The translations under genes were made by a program, and so were the position numbers. Source: Malacoraja senta (Eukaryota). Taken from it: a stretch of 64,000 nucleotides of DNA. The stretch is taken from assembly GCA_038087875.1 (NCBI GenBank), contig CM075990.1, forward strand, positions 6,884,001 to 6,948,000, written 5' to 3'. The notes under the pieces are model-generated. The model searched no databases. It saw nothing but the letters and a program-made list of their open reading frames with translations, and was not told where the DNA came from. This document shows, one piece after another, positions 26,391 through 38,000 of this stretch. Every line of letters starts with the position of its first letter. Positions within the stretch are counted from its first letter, which is position 1.

Positions 26391-27247
26391 TAATCAGATA
26401 ATAGGAATCTGAGTGGTAACTTTTTCACAGTGTAGCTGCCCACCTACTAATACAACACATTCCCTTTAAACAGTGTAGAGTAATGGATCGACGGGAATTC
26501 TGAGAGAAGGTGTACTGATGCTAATCATTTAGTATTACACCTTATTCATGTGAAATGACAAACTTACCCGAGTTAGGAATCATTGATGCTGATTACAAAA
26601 TCAATGTGCCCAATTTGCTCCAGACAACATTCTCTCCTTGGTCATTTTCTCGTGGGCAATCTCATTCCAGATATTTATTAGTCCACTAATCTGATTTCAA
26701 ACTTCATTGGGAGTTTTCACATCCAATGAAGGAAGTTAATTTTACATTTATTTGAGACAGTGTTGCCTACTTCATGGAGTTTGAGAAGTAAGTACTTCAG
26801 ATTGCTGGCAGCCTCAATATTGAACACCTGAGGGCTGAACTTTGTACTTAATTTTCATCACAGAAAATTGAAAAAGCCTGTTCATTAGTCTTCCTCAAGC
26901 CCCTGTATGAGAAAACATATCTCAGAACTTAATTGACAGCCTAGAAACTTCAGATAAATGAGATGGTGATAACTGTGTTATCTGCAATATTCTACCTTCA
27001 TTCAATTTGCTTTTGTTATGGTATACAGTGACTGACTTGAATTCAGATAGGGAACTGCATACATTATTCATGCTGTCTCCATGCACATATATTGGGAGGT
27101 TTTGCCTCCAGCATAACAATAACAACCTATAATTTGTACTTTCTCGCAGCCATTCAATGAAACACCTACAGCCCCCCTGAGCGACTCTCAGTGTTACATG
27201 ACTCAGTTGGTTGTCAAGGTGCCCAAATGTTTGCCCGTGGCCATTCT

Positions 27248-27552
27248 AGGGCACGGTGGCGCAGCGGTAGAGTTGCTGTCTTACAGAACCAGAGACCGGG
27301 GTTCGAACCTGACTACGGGTGCTGTCTGTACGGAGTTTGCACGTTCTCCCCACGACCTGGGTGGGTTTTCCCCAGTTTCCTCCCACACTCCAAAGACGTA
27401 CACGCTTGTAGGCTAATTGGCTTCTGTAAAAATTGTAAATTGTCCCTCGTGTGTGTGGAATAGTGTTAGTGTACGGGGATCGCTGGTCGGCGCAGACTCG
27501 GTGGGCCAAAGGGCCTGTTTCTGCACGGTAGCTCTAAAACTAAACTACTAAA
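27248..27552 (+). mobile_element. V-SINE (HE1-like), full length
   Basis: A-box TGGCGCAGCGGT, B-box GGTTCGAACC, V-domain, (TAAAC) tail. Confidence 0.9.
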
Positions 27553-27817
27553 GCCGCAGACATTATTCATGCTGTCTCCATACACATATATTAGATATTG
27601 CCTCCAGCATAACAATAACAACCTATAATTTGTACTTTATCGCAGCTATTCAATGGTACACCTGCAACCGCTTGAGCGACTATCTGTGTTACATGATTCA
27701 GTTGGTTGACAAGGTACCCAAACATTTCTCTGTGGCCATTCTTACATGAACCTATGATGGACACAAACAGCTGGAGTGACTCAGGGGTCAAACAGCATCT
27801 CTGGAGAAAAGGAATAG

Positions 27818-27849
27818 GTGACGTTTCGGGTCGAGACCCTTCTTCAGAC
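27818..27849 (-). ncRNA. Minimal hammerhead ribozyme motif (Penelope-associated)
   Basis: Reverse complement GTCTGAAGAAGGGTCTCGACCCGAAACGTCAC; intact core. Confidence 0.7.
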
Positions 27850-27976
27850 TGGGAGTCAAGGGAGAGAGGGGACATGAGAGATATAGACGGCGATGTACAG
27901 AGATATAGAACAAATGAATGAAAAGATATGCAAACAAGTATCGATTCTAAAGGTAACAGCCCAGGAGTAAACCTAC

Positions 27977-28178
27977 CCCCAGACTTGGCTGGTTCCTGAA
28001 GCAGTCATGCCTGCCATCAGATTGTCACAGGATTTGCTCAGTGCTCCAATGGAGATGGTGTCCAGGTTAGGTCGGCTCAGGACGGTTTCTGATCGGGAAA
28101 TATTCCGCATCTCCTCAAAGTATCTGTGCTGGGAGTATTTCTCCTCGTTCGAAAGCACGGACGGAAAAACGTGTTTCT
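27977..28178 (-). CDS. FRMPD2: Exon, post-FERM linker (EKHVFPSVLSNEE...LSKSCDNL...SQVW)
   Basis: ccccgcag acceptor, gtaggt donor, 202 nt, phase 1/2. Confidence 0.82.
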
Positions 28179-29222
28179 CTGCGGGGAAAACAAAGTCACG
28201 TGAACTGCACCAACAAAGAAATGCTGAGGTGATTTTTGAATTCCCAATATCTGAATTCCACAGTGAGGGAGAACATTGCCAGCCCGATCGGTACTGATCT
28301 TAGAGATTGGCTTGTGTAAAGGATTGATAATGAGGCATTGTTACTTTACTATCTTTATTCATACTGGATCATTATACATTGCACTAGCTGTACGTGGTCT
28401 GTCACAGGAACTAGAGAGCGATCTGTGGGTGTGGAGGTTGTAGTTATACTTGTGATATGGGGAGTGGTTAGTGGGTGTGAGGTCACTATGTTAAAGGCAC
28501 ATGCATATCTCATCTACAGCTTGGGACTTCCATAGCCCGTATTCAGTTAAATCACTTGTGAAAAAAATGACACATGGCAATTATAAACTAAATTCCCAGC
28601 CAGTCTAGCTTCGTTTACACGCCAGAGACCTGGGTTCGATCCTGACTACGGGTGCTGTCTGTACGGAGTTTGGACCTTCTCCCTGTGACCGTGTGGGTTT
28701 GCTCCGGGTGCTCTGGATTTCTCCCACACTACAAATCCATACAGGCTTCTATAAATTGTAAATTGTCCCTGATGTGTGCAGGATAGTGCTAGTCTGGAGG
28801 GATCGCTGGTCGGCGCTGACTCGGGTGGGCTTGTTTCCACGCTGTATCTCTAAACTAAACTGAACTACGATACAATACAATAGAACTTTATTTATCCCAG
28901 GAGGGAAATTGATCTGCCAACAGTCATAAAACAAGATATATGAATCATGAAATTAAAGTGACGAGTGGAAAGGATTGGGGATGTGCAAAGATTTGGGGAG
29001 GTGGTGGGCGGGGGAGAGTCAGTCTACCCACTACAGAAGAGGGAGGAGTTGTACAGTTTGATAGCCACAGGGATGAAGGATCCCCATATAACCTATACTG
29101 GAGCAGAGGAAAACCAGTGAATTAAAATGAAACACACCATGTAATGTTACTTTAAAAAATCTCTTCTGCCCCATCCCTGTTTGGCCGTGCCCAACCGAGA
29201 CTCCCAGGGGTTTTCAGGTGCT

Positions 29223-29560
29223 TCTCCCTATCGGTCTGCTCCTGGGCTTTGCCAAGATGGCCATTCGCGGGTCCAGGCAGTGGGGCAGTCGACGGCCGCA
29301 CAGCGGTCGGCTGCCTGCCCCTTTTCCGGGGTTACGTCCGTGTCCCTGGAGAGGGAACACACACGCGGTGTCCACGGGGACTCTGGAGGCCTTCCGTGAA
29401 CGCTGGTCACCGCGGGAGGTCGAATGTATTGTTGATAAAAATGTTAATATTTCAATTTGATAACTTTGTTTGTAAAATGCCAATATAGGCATTCTTTGAT
29501 CGTGTTACTACTTGTAATTTTGTTTGTTCTGAATAAAAGCATTTTGTATGAGAAAAAAAA
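29223..29560 (+). mobile_element. Tx1-like (L1 clade) 3' fragment with poly(A) and 17-bp TSD
   Basis: LLLGFAKMAI...EAFRERWS...C-terminus, AATAAA at 29532, A tail, and AGGGGTTTTCAGGTGCT at 29206-29222 and 29561-29577. Confidence 0.8.
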
Positions 29561-29634
29561 AGGGGTTTTCAGGTGCTGGCGTTAGGAATGTCTCTCCTTG
29601 TCTGCAACATAGCCCTGGTGGCGTTGGCACTCAC

Positions 29635-29797
29635 CGTTTGCAGAGGCAGCCTGGCTGAGCTGGCGGGAGTTCATCTGTACCTGGAACCGGTGCTGAGCTG
29701 AGCACAGCTCGATGAGATACTTGCAGGTCTTGCTGTTTTCCGTGAGGAAGACATGTTTCTTCCCGTCCGAACTGCTTTGAACTGTAAACTTCTTTCT
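29635..29797 (-). CDS. FRMPD2: Exon, FERM C-lobe ([42 protein letters not shown]...)
   Basis: ttttcag acceptor, gtgagt donor, 163 nt, phase 0/1. Confidence 0.93.
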
Positions 29798-30126
29798 CTG
29801 AAAAGTCATGAAACAGATCACCAAGTCCGTCAGTCACAGGGTAAGAGTCAAACACTATAAAGAGTAAAATAGAAACAAAGAACTATAGAAGGGTCTCAAC
29901 CCAAAACGTCACCTCCCCATGTTCTCCGGAGATGCTGCCTGTTACTCCAGCACTTTGTGCCCTCAGTCAAGCACTCCATATCTAAGAGTATAGCAGTCTG
30001 AAGAAGGGTCTCAACCCGAAATGTCACCTTTTCCTTTTCTCCAGAGATGCTGCCTGACCTACAGAGTTACTCCAGCATTTTGTGTCTATTCTCATTTTTG
30101 GCACGTGGATACAAAGCAACATATTT

Positions 30127-30253
30127 GTCCTATAGTTAGAGCGACACTATGGTACAGATGTTAACTATAGTCCTATAGCTAGAGCGACACTATGGTACAG
30201 ATGTTAACTATAGTCCTATAGTTAGAGCGACACTATGGTACAGATGTTAACTA
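30127..30253. repeat. 43-bp tandem repeat, about 3 copies
   Basis: GTCCTATAGTTAGAGCGACACTATGGTACAGATGTTAACTATA starting at 30127, 30170 and 30213. Confidence 0.95.
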
Positions 30254-30865
30254 CACTGCAAAACAAGCTGGTTAAAAAAAACCACATTGGGAAGTTGCCC
30301 TTATTAGCCAAGGTAAATAATTGGAGTAGAGAGAAAGATAAGAAGGAATTTCTTTAGTCAGAGGGTGGTGAATCTGTGCAATTTATTGCCACAGAAAGCA
30401 ATGGATATTTTTAAGGTGGAAATTGACAAAGATTCTTGATCAGTGAGGGTGTCAAAGGTCACCAGGAGAAAGCAGGAGAATGGGGTTGAGAGGGAAAGAT
30501 CGGTCAGCCATGATTGAATGGCGGAGTAGACTCGATGGACCGAGTGGCCTAATTCTGCTCCTATGAAGCAGGCAAGTTACGTTAGAAATGCATGTACAGC
30601 AATAGTTTTGCCACAACTTTAGGACTGTGCACGGTTCTGGTCTCCACATTCCTGGAAGTATGATTGTTTTGAGAGGGGGTGAAAAGATTTCCGAGGATTT
30701 TCATACTGGAAGTCTAAAGCCATGAGGAAAGATTGAATAGGCTGGGTGGGGTTGATTTCTCTGTAACCCAGGAGGCTGCGGGGAGACTTCATTGAGGCTG
30801 GAAATGCTCATCTGAACCTGGACCCCCAATTGGCATTTTGGTCTTGAGTTTGAGGCACAACTTAC

Positions 30866-31051
30866 GTTGAACGTGATCCGTTGCATTTCCCGCCACTGAA
30901 ACCGTAGACTGGCGATCCTCGTGCTGTTCTTCACCTCGTAAACGATGATCCCTTTGGCACAGATTCCCAACGCCATGTCCTCCCCTGCAACCTTCTTCTC
31001 CCGAGACACTCGGTGGAAGAGCACCCCGTACTCTGGGAGCTGCTGGGTGAC
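30866..31051 (-). CDS. FRMPD2: Exon, FERM ([15 protein letters not shown]...[14 protein letters not shown])
   Basis: ttgcag acceptor, gtaagt donor, 186 nt, phase 0/0, LPEYG motif. Confidence 0.94.
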
Positions 31052-31160
31052 CTGCAATGTATCGTTCAATGCACCGACAGTTAGCATTTCATTCCAACTT
31101 CCCTTCGTTTTCACACCTTACCCTTCCATATCTCAGTGTCTCTCTCGCCCCTGACTCTCA

Positions 31161-31192
31161 GTCTGAAGAAGGGTCTCGACCCGAAACGTCAC
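31161..31192 (+). ncRNA. Minimal hammerhead ribozyme motif (Penelope-associated)
   Basis: GT-CTGAAGA-A-GGGT(CTCG)ACCC-GAAA-C-GTC-AC. Confidence 0.7.
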
Positions 31193-32354
31193 CCATTCCT
31201 TCTCTCCCAGAGATGCTGCCTGTCCCGCTGAGTTACTCCACCATTTTGTGTCTATTTTCCTTCACACCCTCGGCATGTCCGACAGAACCTCATTTAATCC
31301 CCATTATCCACATTCAGTCACAATCATTACCTGGGCGGGGGAGCAGTCCACAAGCAGCAACGATTCACCTAATCATCTAATCCCTAATGGTGCTTGTGGA
31401 GAGGTCAGTCTCAACCAATACATTGAATACTCCGGTCCTAATAACACAAGGTGGTGGAATATGTATGGGAATTTCAGAGAGCTGACGGCTCTAGAAGGCT
31501 GGAACTTACAGCGAGTGGTAACTGCACACATGTACTCAATACATAGCTTTGTCCATGAATATTATGCAATCATGAACATAGTCTATTATGGCACAGGAAG
31601 AGGCTCTTTGGCCCACAATATTTGAGTCGGATATGATCTCAGGACTAACTGTTCTCTGACTGCTCATAATTCATATCCCTGCATTCCCTGAATTTCCATA
31701 TGCCTGTTCTAAAGTGTCTTAAGAGTCATAGAGTCATACAGTGTGGAAACAGGCCCATCGGCCCTACTTGGCCACTCCAACCAACACGCCCCATCTATCC
31801 TAGTCCCACCTGCCTGTATTTGGCCCATATCTCTCCAACCCTATCCTATCCATAATACGTGTCTAAATGTTTCTTAAACACTCTTAAATGTCACTATCAT
31901 ATCTGCCTCCATTGGTTCAGTTTAGTTTATTATACACGTGAAAAGCTTTTGTTGCGGAAAGACAATACGTGATTACCAATCTCGGGCAGTGCGTTCCAGG
32001 CACTCACCACCCTCTGTGTAAACAACCTTGGCCCCTCACATCCCCTATCAACTTTGCCCCTCTCACCTTAAAGCTGCGCCCTCTAGTGTTTGATATTTCC
32101 ATCCTGGGAGAAGGGTTCTGACTGTCTCCTCGAGCTCTGCCTGCATAATGTGATATACTTCTCTCAGGTCTCCCTGCAACCTCCAGCATTCCAGAGAAAA
32201 CAACGCAAGTCCGTCCACCCTGGTTGCATCAGACTCAGTCAAAGGGGAGTAGATGGACACACGCATGGAGATAGAGCAGGTGAAGATATCTGATGGGATT
32301 GCTCTGCCCACTGCTGGTATACACAGGGCGAGCTGATCTCATTCTGTGCCACTG

Positions 32355-32665
32355 GGTGCAGCGGTAGAGGTGCCGCCTTCCAGCGCTTAGAGCGCCAGGG
32401 ACCCGGGTTCGATCCCGACTACGGGGCCGTCTGCACTGAGTTTGTACGTTCTCCCCGTGACCTGCGTGGGTTTTCTCCGAGATCTTCGGTTTCCTCCCAC
32501 ACTTCAAAGATGTACAGGTTTGTAGGTTAATAGGCTTGGTATAAATGTAAAATTGTCCCTAGTGTGTGTAGGACAGTGTTAGCGTGCGGGGATCCCTGGT
32601 CGATGCAGATTCTGTGGGCCGAACGGCCTGTTTCCGCGCTCTATCTGTAAACTAAACTAAACTAG
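32355..32665 (+). mobile_element. V-SINE (HE1-like)
   Basis: B-box GGTTCGATCC, V-domain, (TAAAC)n tail. Confidence 0.85.
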
Positions 32666-33072
32666 ACTAAACACTGAAGTGTAATGATTCTCAGATTCTA
32701 AGTGGCCTTGCAAACCGCTCAGGACAGTGGGCCAGTCACCCAATCTTTCCTCACATAATCTTATGTACTTCCATACTTCCCGCAATCTCCAGCGTTCCAG
32801 GGATTGTTTTAGATGGGCTGAGTTTCCCTTTAAATAAACAAGGAAACATAGAAGGGACTGAGCAGAACATTGAACCAAGGTGGTGGGGTGGGAGATTGCC
32901 ACCTTCACGTGGTCCACCCTGTTTCAATGAATACAATCTACCCGACGTGCCCAATCAAATAAGATCAAATAGGACAAGTTGTCCTACAACTTTAGGCTGT
33001 GCACGCCATACGCAAGAAGAAGAAGAAGAACCAAGGTGGCAATAATATTTTGCAGTTATATTTGCATTGTAC

Positions 33073-33225
33073 CTTCAAATACTCCATCTCGGCCTCCTCT
33101 TCGGACAGGTCAAAGTAGGTGGAGTGAAGTCGTGGCAGTTCCTCTTTCACGCACGTCATAGCCATCTTTTCCAGCACACTCGGAGGAATGTAGTGCTCCA
33201 CTCGGTAATAGTTCTTGCCATGCAC
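33073..33225 (-). CDS. FRMPD2: Exon, FERM central lobe (VHGKNYYRVEHYIP...EAEMEYLK)
   Basis: tttgaaag acceptor, gtacaa donor, 153 nt, phase 0/0. Confidence 0.93.
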
Positions 33226-34378
33226 CTTTCAAAGACAAGACAGTACTTTAGGTGTCGGAAGGAAGCGCAGATGCTGGTTTTAAACCGAAGAGAGACACAA
33301 AAAACTGGAGTAACTCAAGCAGAGTTCAGGCAGCATCTCTGGAGAAAAGGAAAAGGTGGCGTTATGGATCGAGACCCTTCTTCAGACTGAGTCAGAGGAA
33401 AGGGAAACGAGCCTTTAGGTACTGTTGTTCTTCTCCTGATGTGTGTGCCATTAGCTTTATTTGTATTTCTTCACATCTCCTCAGGTTCAGGAGGTCACTC
33501 TCAGAACCAGCATATATTGCCCTTTCCCTGGTAACTCTTGAACTGGGAGTTTTGCTCCAATGTTTCAGATCAACCACAGTGGTTAGGATGGCAGAATTCC
33601 TCCACTCAAAGATCCAGATAGGCTTTAAGGGTATCTGCACCAATGTTTTTACCTCATCGGTGACCCTCGCACTATCTTTGATTGGACTTTACTGACTTTA
33701 CCTTGCACTAAACGTTATTCCCTTATCATGTATCTATACACTGTATATGGCTCAATTGTATTCAAGTATTGTCTTTCCACTGACTGAATAGCACGCAACA
33801 AAAGCTTGTCACTGTACCTCGGTACAGGTTAAACTACTGAGTGGTTGGTTTTATCATGGCCTGCTTTGGTATATCAAAGGCCCAAGAACGAACGAGTCTG
33901 CAGAAAGTGGTGGACATCGCCAGGTCCATCTCAGGCATTGACCTCTCCGCCATCTGCAAGAAGCATTGCCTGAAGAAGGAGATAATATCACAGTGGCCAG
34001 GCCCTCAATCCAGCCACTACCATTGGGAAAGAAGTTCAGGATCCTGAGAAACGTGACCTCCAGCTTCAAGAGCTGCTCCTTCCCACAGTCTTTGTGCTCT
34101 CGAACCACCCTCCACAACTCCACCTCAGCAATGCACTCTTCTGGATTTTGGATTGTACTATGATGAGCTGGTTGCCTAGTATTACTGATAATTGATTGTA
34201 TTATTGTTTATTTTATATTTATTTGCCATGTTGCTGGATTAACCTGTCAGCAAGTCAGAATTTCATTATGGCAATTAAACGCTCTTGCCTCTCTGGGCTC
34301 TTAAAATCAGGAGCTCAAAATATGTTGTGTGCCGGCCAAGGATGAGTAATGGTGTTCTGCCACTTGCCGTTTGCTCAC

Positions 34379-34517
34379 CTCTGGAACATACTCTCCAAAC
34401 TCTGCTTGCAGTGCCAATGCGCCCAGCGACAGGGCTGTCTCATCACTGCAGTACAAGTGCTCTTCAAGGATGTCCTTCCTCAGCTGCAGGTAATACTGAT
34501 GTCTGGTTAGACTGTGC
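34379..34517 (-). CDS. FRMPD2: Exon, FERM central lobe ([19 protein letters not shown]...[12 protein letters not shown])
   Basis: ctttctag acceptor, gtgagc donor, 139 nt, phase 2/0. Confidence 0.94.
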
Positions 34518-34589
34518 CTAGAAAGCAAATACGCATTCATAACATTCAGGTATTCTATATATATACGTATATATACCTTGAGGTATATA

Positions 34590-35035
34590 TACCTGCCCAC
34601 AGCCGCAAATCACTACAGAGAATGGTGAAGGCTGCACAGCACATCACTGGCTACTGTCTCCCAACCATTCAGGACATTTTCCACCGGCGGAAGGCACACA
34701 GCATCATCAAGGACCACAGCCACCCAGCACGCAGACTGTCCTCCTTGTTACCGTCAGGCAGACGATATAGGAGCATGGCTGCACGCACCACCAGAGTTAA
34801 GAACAGTTTTTACCATCAGGCCATCAGGCTTCTGAACTCATAAACACATCATATATGTTGATTATTTTATTTATTATTGTCTTTTACCTACCAATGTCAC
34901 TTTTATCTTATCTTATTTTATCTTATTTTTATCCTTGTAATATCATTGCTGAGGTGACCCGTTGTCTTGTCAAACACATTTCACTGTACCGTTGACCCTG
35001 TGTTAACCTACATATGACAAATAAAACTGAACTGA
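34590..35035 (+). mobile_element. Rex1/Babar-type LINE 3' fragment
   Basis: LQRMVKAAQHITG...IIKDHSHPA...LLPSGRRYRS...NSFYHQAIRLLN, then UTR and (ACTGA) tail. Confidence 0.82.
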
Positions 35036-38000
35036 GGTACCTCATAACAGTTCAGTGTGCGAATGAGAAACTCCTGCCATGAACATCAAACTAGATGCCA
35101 ACCTTGTCTCACAAAGTAGCACACATCAGAATGTAGACAAAAAAAGCTGGAGCAACTCAACTGGACAGGCAGCATCCTGGGAGAGTAGGAATCAGGTCGA
35201 GACCCTTCTTCAGACAACAGGTCGGGAGTTTCAATCGACGTCTCAAGAACTGAAAATATAATCCAGCTGGTTTGTAGGTTAGTTACCTTAAATTGAAGAA
35301 TTCAATGTACATAGTGTTGGGTTGTAAGCCACCAAGTGGAATATGAGGTGTTGTTCCTCCAGTTTGCGTGTGGCCTCACTCTGACAATGGAGGAGGCCCA
35401 GGACACAAAAGTCAGTATAGGAGTAGGAAAGTTAGCAAACGGGAGATCCAGCAGACCACGTTGGACCAGTGCAAGTGTTCGACTAAATAGTTGCCAAGTC
35501 TATCGCATTTTCTCTTCTCTCCTTGCAAGCTGAAATGCCAATTGTCCCAGACAGGTACAGCTTCTTTCCAAGTATCCTTGCAGCTGGTGGAATCTAATTC
35601 CCTGTGCAGAGCCAATCACCCCAGAAGGCGTAATTGGGTTTGCTCATAGTGTCGTGCGTCACACTGAGAGGCTCCAATGTGTTCCGCTTCAATTGCAAAC
35701 TGGCTCTTTAGAGTGCAGCAACATTCATTCTGTACAACACATTCATCTGGTTTGAGTCACCTTTGGTTTTTGCCTCAATCGTGTCGCATGCAGGAAAATT
35801 GTCCATGATGATTCACTGGGCATCCTGGCTACTTTCAACAATATCTCGACAATGGAGGGATTTGGGTTATGTTTAGGTACAAGGTCTTGAAACCATGTCC
35901 GACACAAGTCTAGTGGGCAGATGAGCCTGTTCTTGTGCTAGTACTGTTCTATGTTCTACAATGTTTCGGATCGGAACACTTCTTCAGACTGATGAAATAG
36001 GGGAGGAGAAAGCTGGAAATGAGAGGTGAGTGTGAGACAAAGCCTGGCAAGTGATAGGTGGATACAGGTTAGGAAGAGATCGCCAGATGGGTGGTGTAAG
36101 TGACAATGGCTAGAGGTGAAAATAAGACAAAAGGGTGTCCGAATCTATCCGATTCACATATCACAAACCAGTAGTTTCACGCTCACAATTACTGTTTTCT
36201 TCCAGGTCCATTCAATTATTTAATTTGAACCTTTCACGTTTCCATAGTGGGATCAAACCCATGATAAGTTCATGTTCTTAAGTGATAGGAGCAGAATTAG
36301 GACATTCGGCCCATCAAGTCTACTTCGCCATTCAATCATGGCTGATCTTTCTCTCCCTCCCAACCCATTCTCCTGCCTTCTCCCCATAACCCCTGACACC
36401 CCTGATCTCTGATCTATAGAGTGTCCCAGATTATAGGCAGGGATTTGAACATCGCTAGATCGATGATATGGCCCCAGGATTTTCACCAGTTACTGTTACC
36501 TTGAGCTTACTCACAAGCTTTTTCGGAAGCTCTTCGAATTCAAAGCCTAGTTTTGAAACCCCAGCATTCCATCAGAGTGCCTTTGATTACAATCGATTGG
36601 GCACAACAGGCTCTGTCTACACTTAGCAATCAGTAAAGTCCAAAGCCAGGCAGGAAGCTGTGCTGTGCCTGAATTGGAACATTGCCCTCAATTATCTTGC
36701 AGCTCAGGCATTCAAACCTTGTTTGGGAGGCTGAACAAGATGCCACGGCTCCACGCTTAAAAAAAGCAATGGAATTCTGCAGAAAACCTGACCACAAACT
36801 ATCTCTCAATCACCACAGCAGTGTAGCTGCTCATTGATTTCACGGCTGTGTGTGGGCTTGTGATGAGTTTTCAAACAAGAGTCGTTTGCATTTTGCTGCC
36901 CTGCACAGAGCTATCAGGGAAAGGATTTATACATCGTGCCAATAATGTCCTTGTGCCAACCCGGAGGAGCGTTAACAGCCAATGCAGTACTTTTGAGCTC
37001 CGTGTATTGTTTTCCTGCAGTGGACAACGTGCACAACATCCATTGACAATAATGATGAGATGATCTGCATTTTATTAGCCATCACGGTTAAGAATGAACA
37101 AATACAACTAGGAGATGTAATAAAGGGTATCAAAAAGTCAGGTATTAAAGTGAATGTTACTGGAATGGGGGAGGGGGGGGGGGTAGTGGGAGGGGGGGGG
37201 GAGGAGATGAGTGAGCTGCTGGGCTGATGAAAAGAGAAGTCAAATGCGGGGACATTAAAATTGTGACTGAATGCTTCGATGGGTAGTGGGTTGCCATAGC
37301 GATGCACACAGGAAGTGGAACACAATTAGTCCATTCTCCTGACTAGCCGAGATACTCCTGCTCTTTGTGTTATTTTTTTGAAAACCAGCATCTTGTGTCT
37401 AGGCCAGTCGCCTCCTCCTCCTGAAGTAGGGATCTCCAGAAATCACAGGAAAAATGTGGAAAGTTTGCAACAGGGAGCTTTACGCCTGAGGCAAAGAATA
37501 GATGAGAAATAATAACTTAGCGAGACGGGACTTTTACCACACAATGGGTAAGTAGAACGAGGTTGTTAAAGCAGGTACGTTAACAACATTTAATAGGCAT
37601 TTAGACAGGTACACAGAAAGGAAAGATTTAGTGGGATATGGACTAAATGCGGGCAGGTGGGACTAGTGTAGATGGGGCATCTTGGTTGGCATGGGCAAGT
37701 TGTGCCGAAGGGCTTGTTTCTCTAATGTCTGACTGTGAGGGGGGAGGGGAAGAACAATGGACAATGGGGCGGGGGATAAAGGACAATGGTGACCAGGCGT
37801 GGGGGAACCGCTGTGGTGGTGGGGGGGGGGAGGGGGGACGAAGGGGGGAGCCGTCGTGCTTTGTAACTTTGTCAGCGCTGTAGGTGGCTGATATCTGTAA
37901 ACATTGTGTATGCAAGCAAAGAATCCCACTGTGCCTAGTCACTTGTGACAATGAAGTATTCCTATTCCTACTATGTTATTTTATTAGTTAGTGCTACAGA

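Noticed and set aside
26568..26700. Strong gtaagt donor at 26567 suggesting an exon
   Set aside because: Stop codons lie just upstream in the usable phases, and the neighbouring exons already join in frame.
27248..27330. tRNA gene (A and B boxes)
   Set aside because: This is the tRNA-derived head of a SINE continuing into the V-domain and LINE-like tail; the same applies to the other copies.
30127..30253. CRISPR-like array
   Set aside because: Head-to-tail repeats with no spacers, eukaryotic context and no cas genes.
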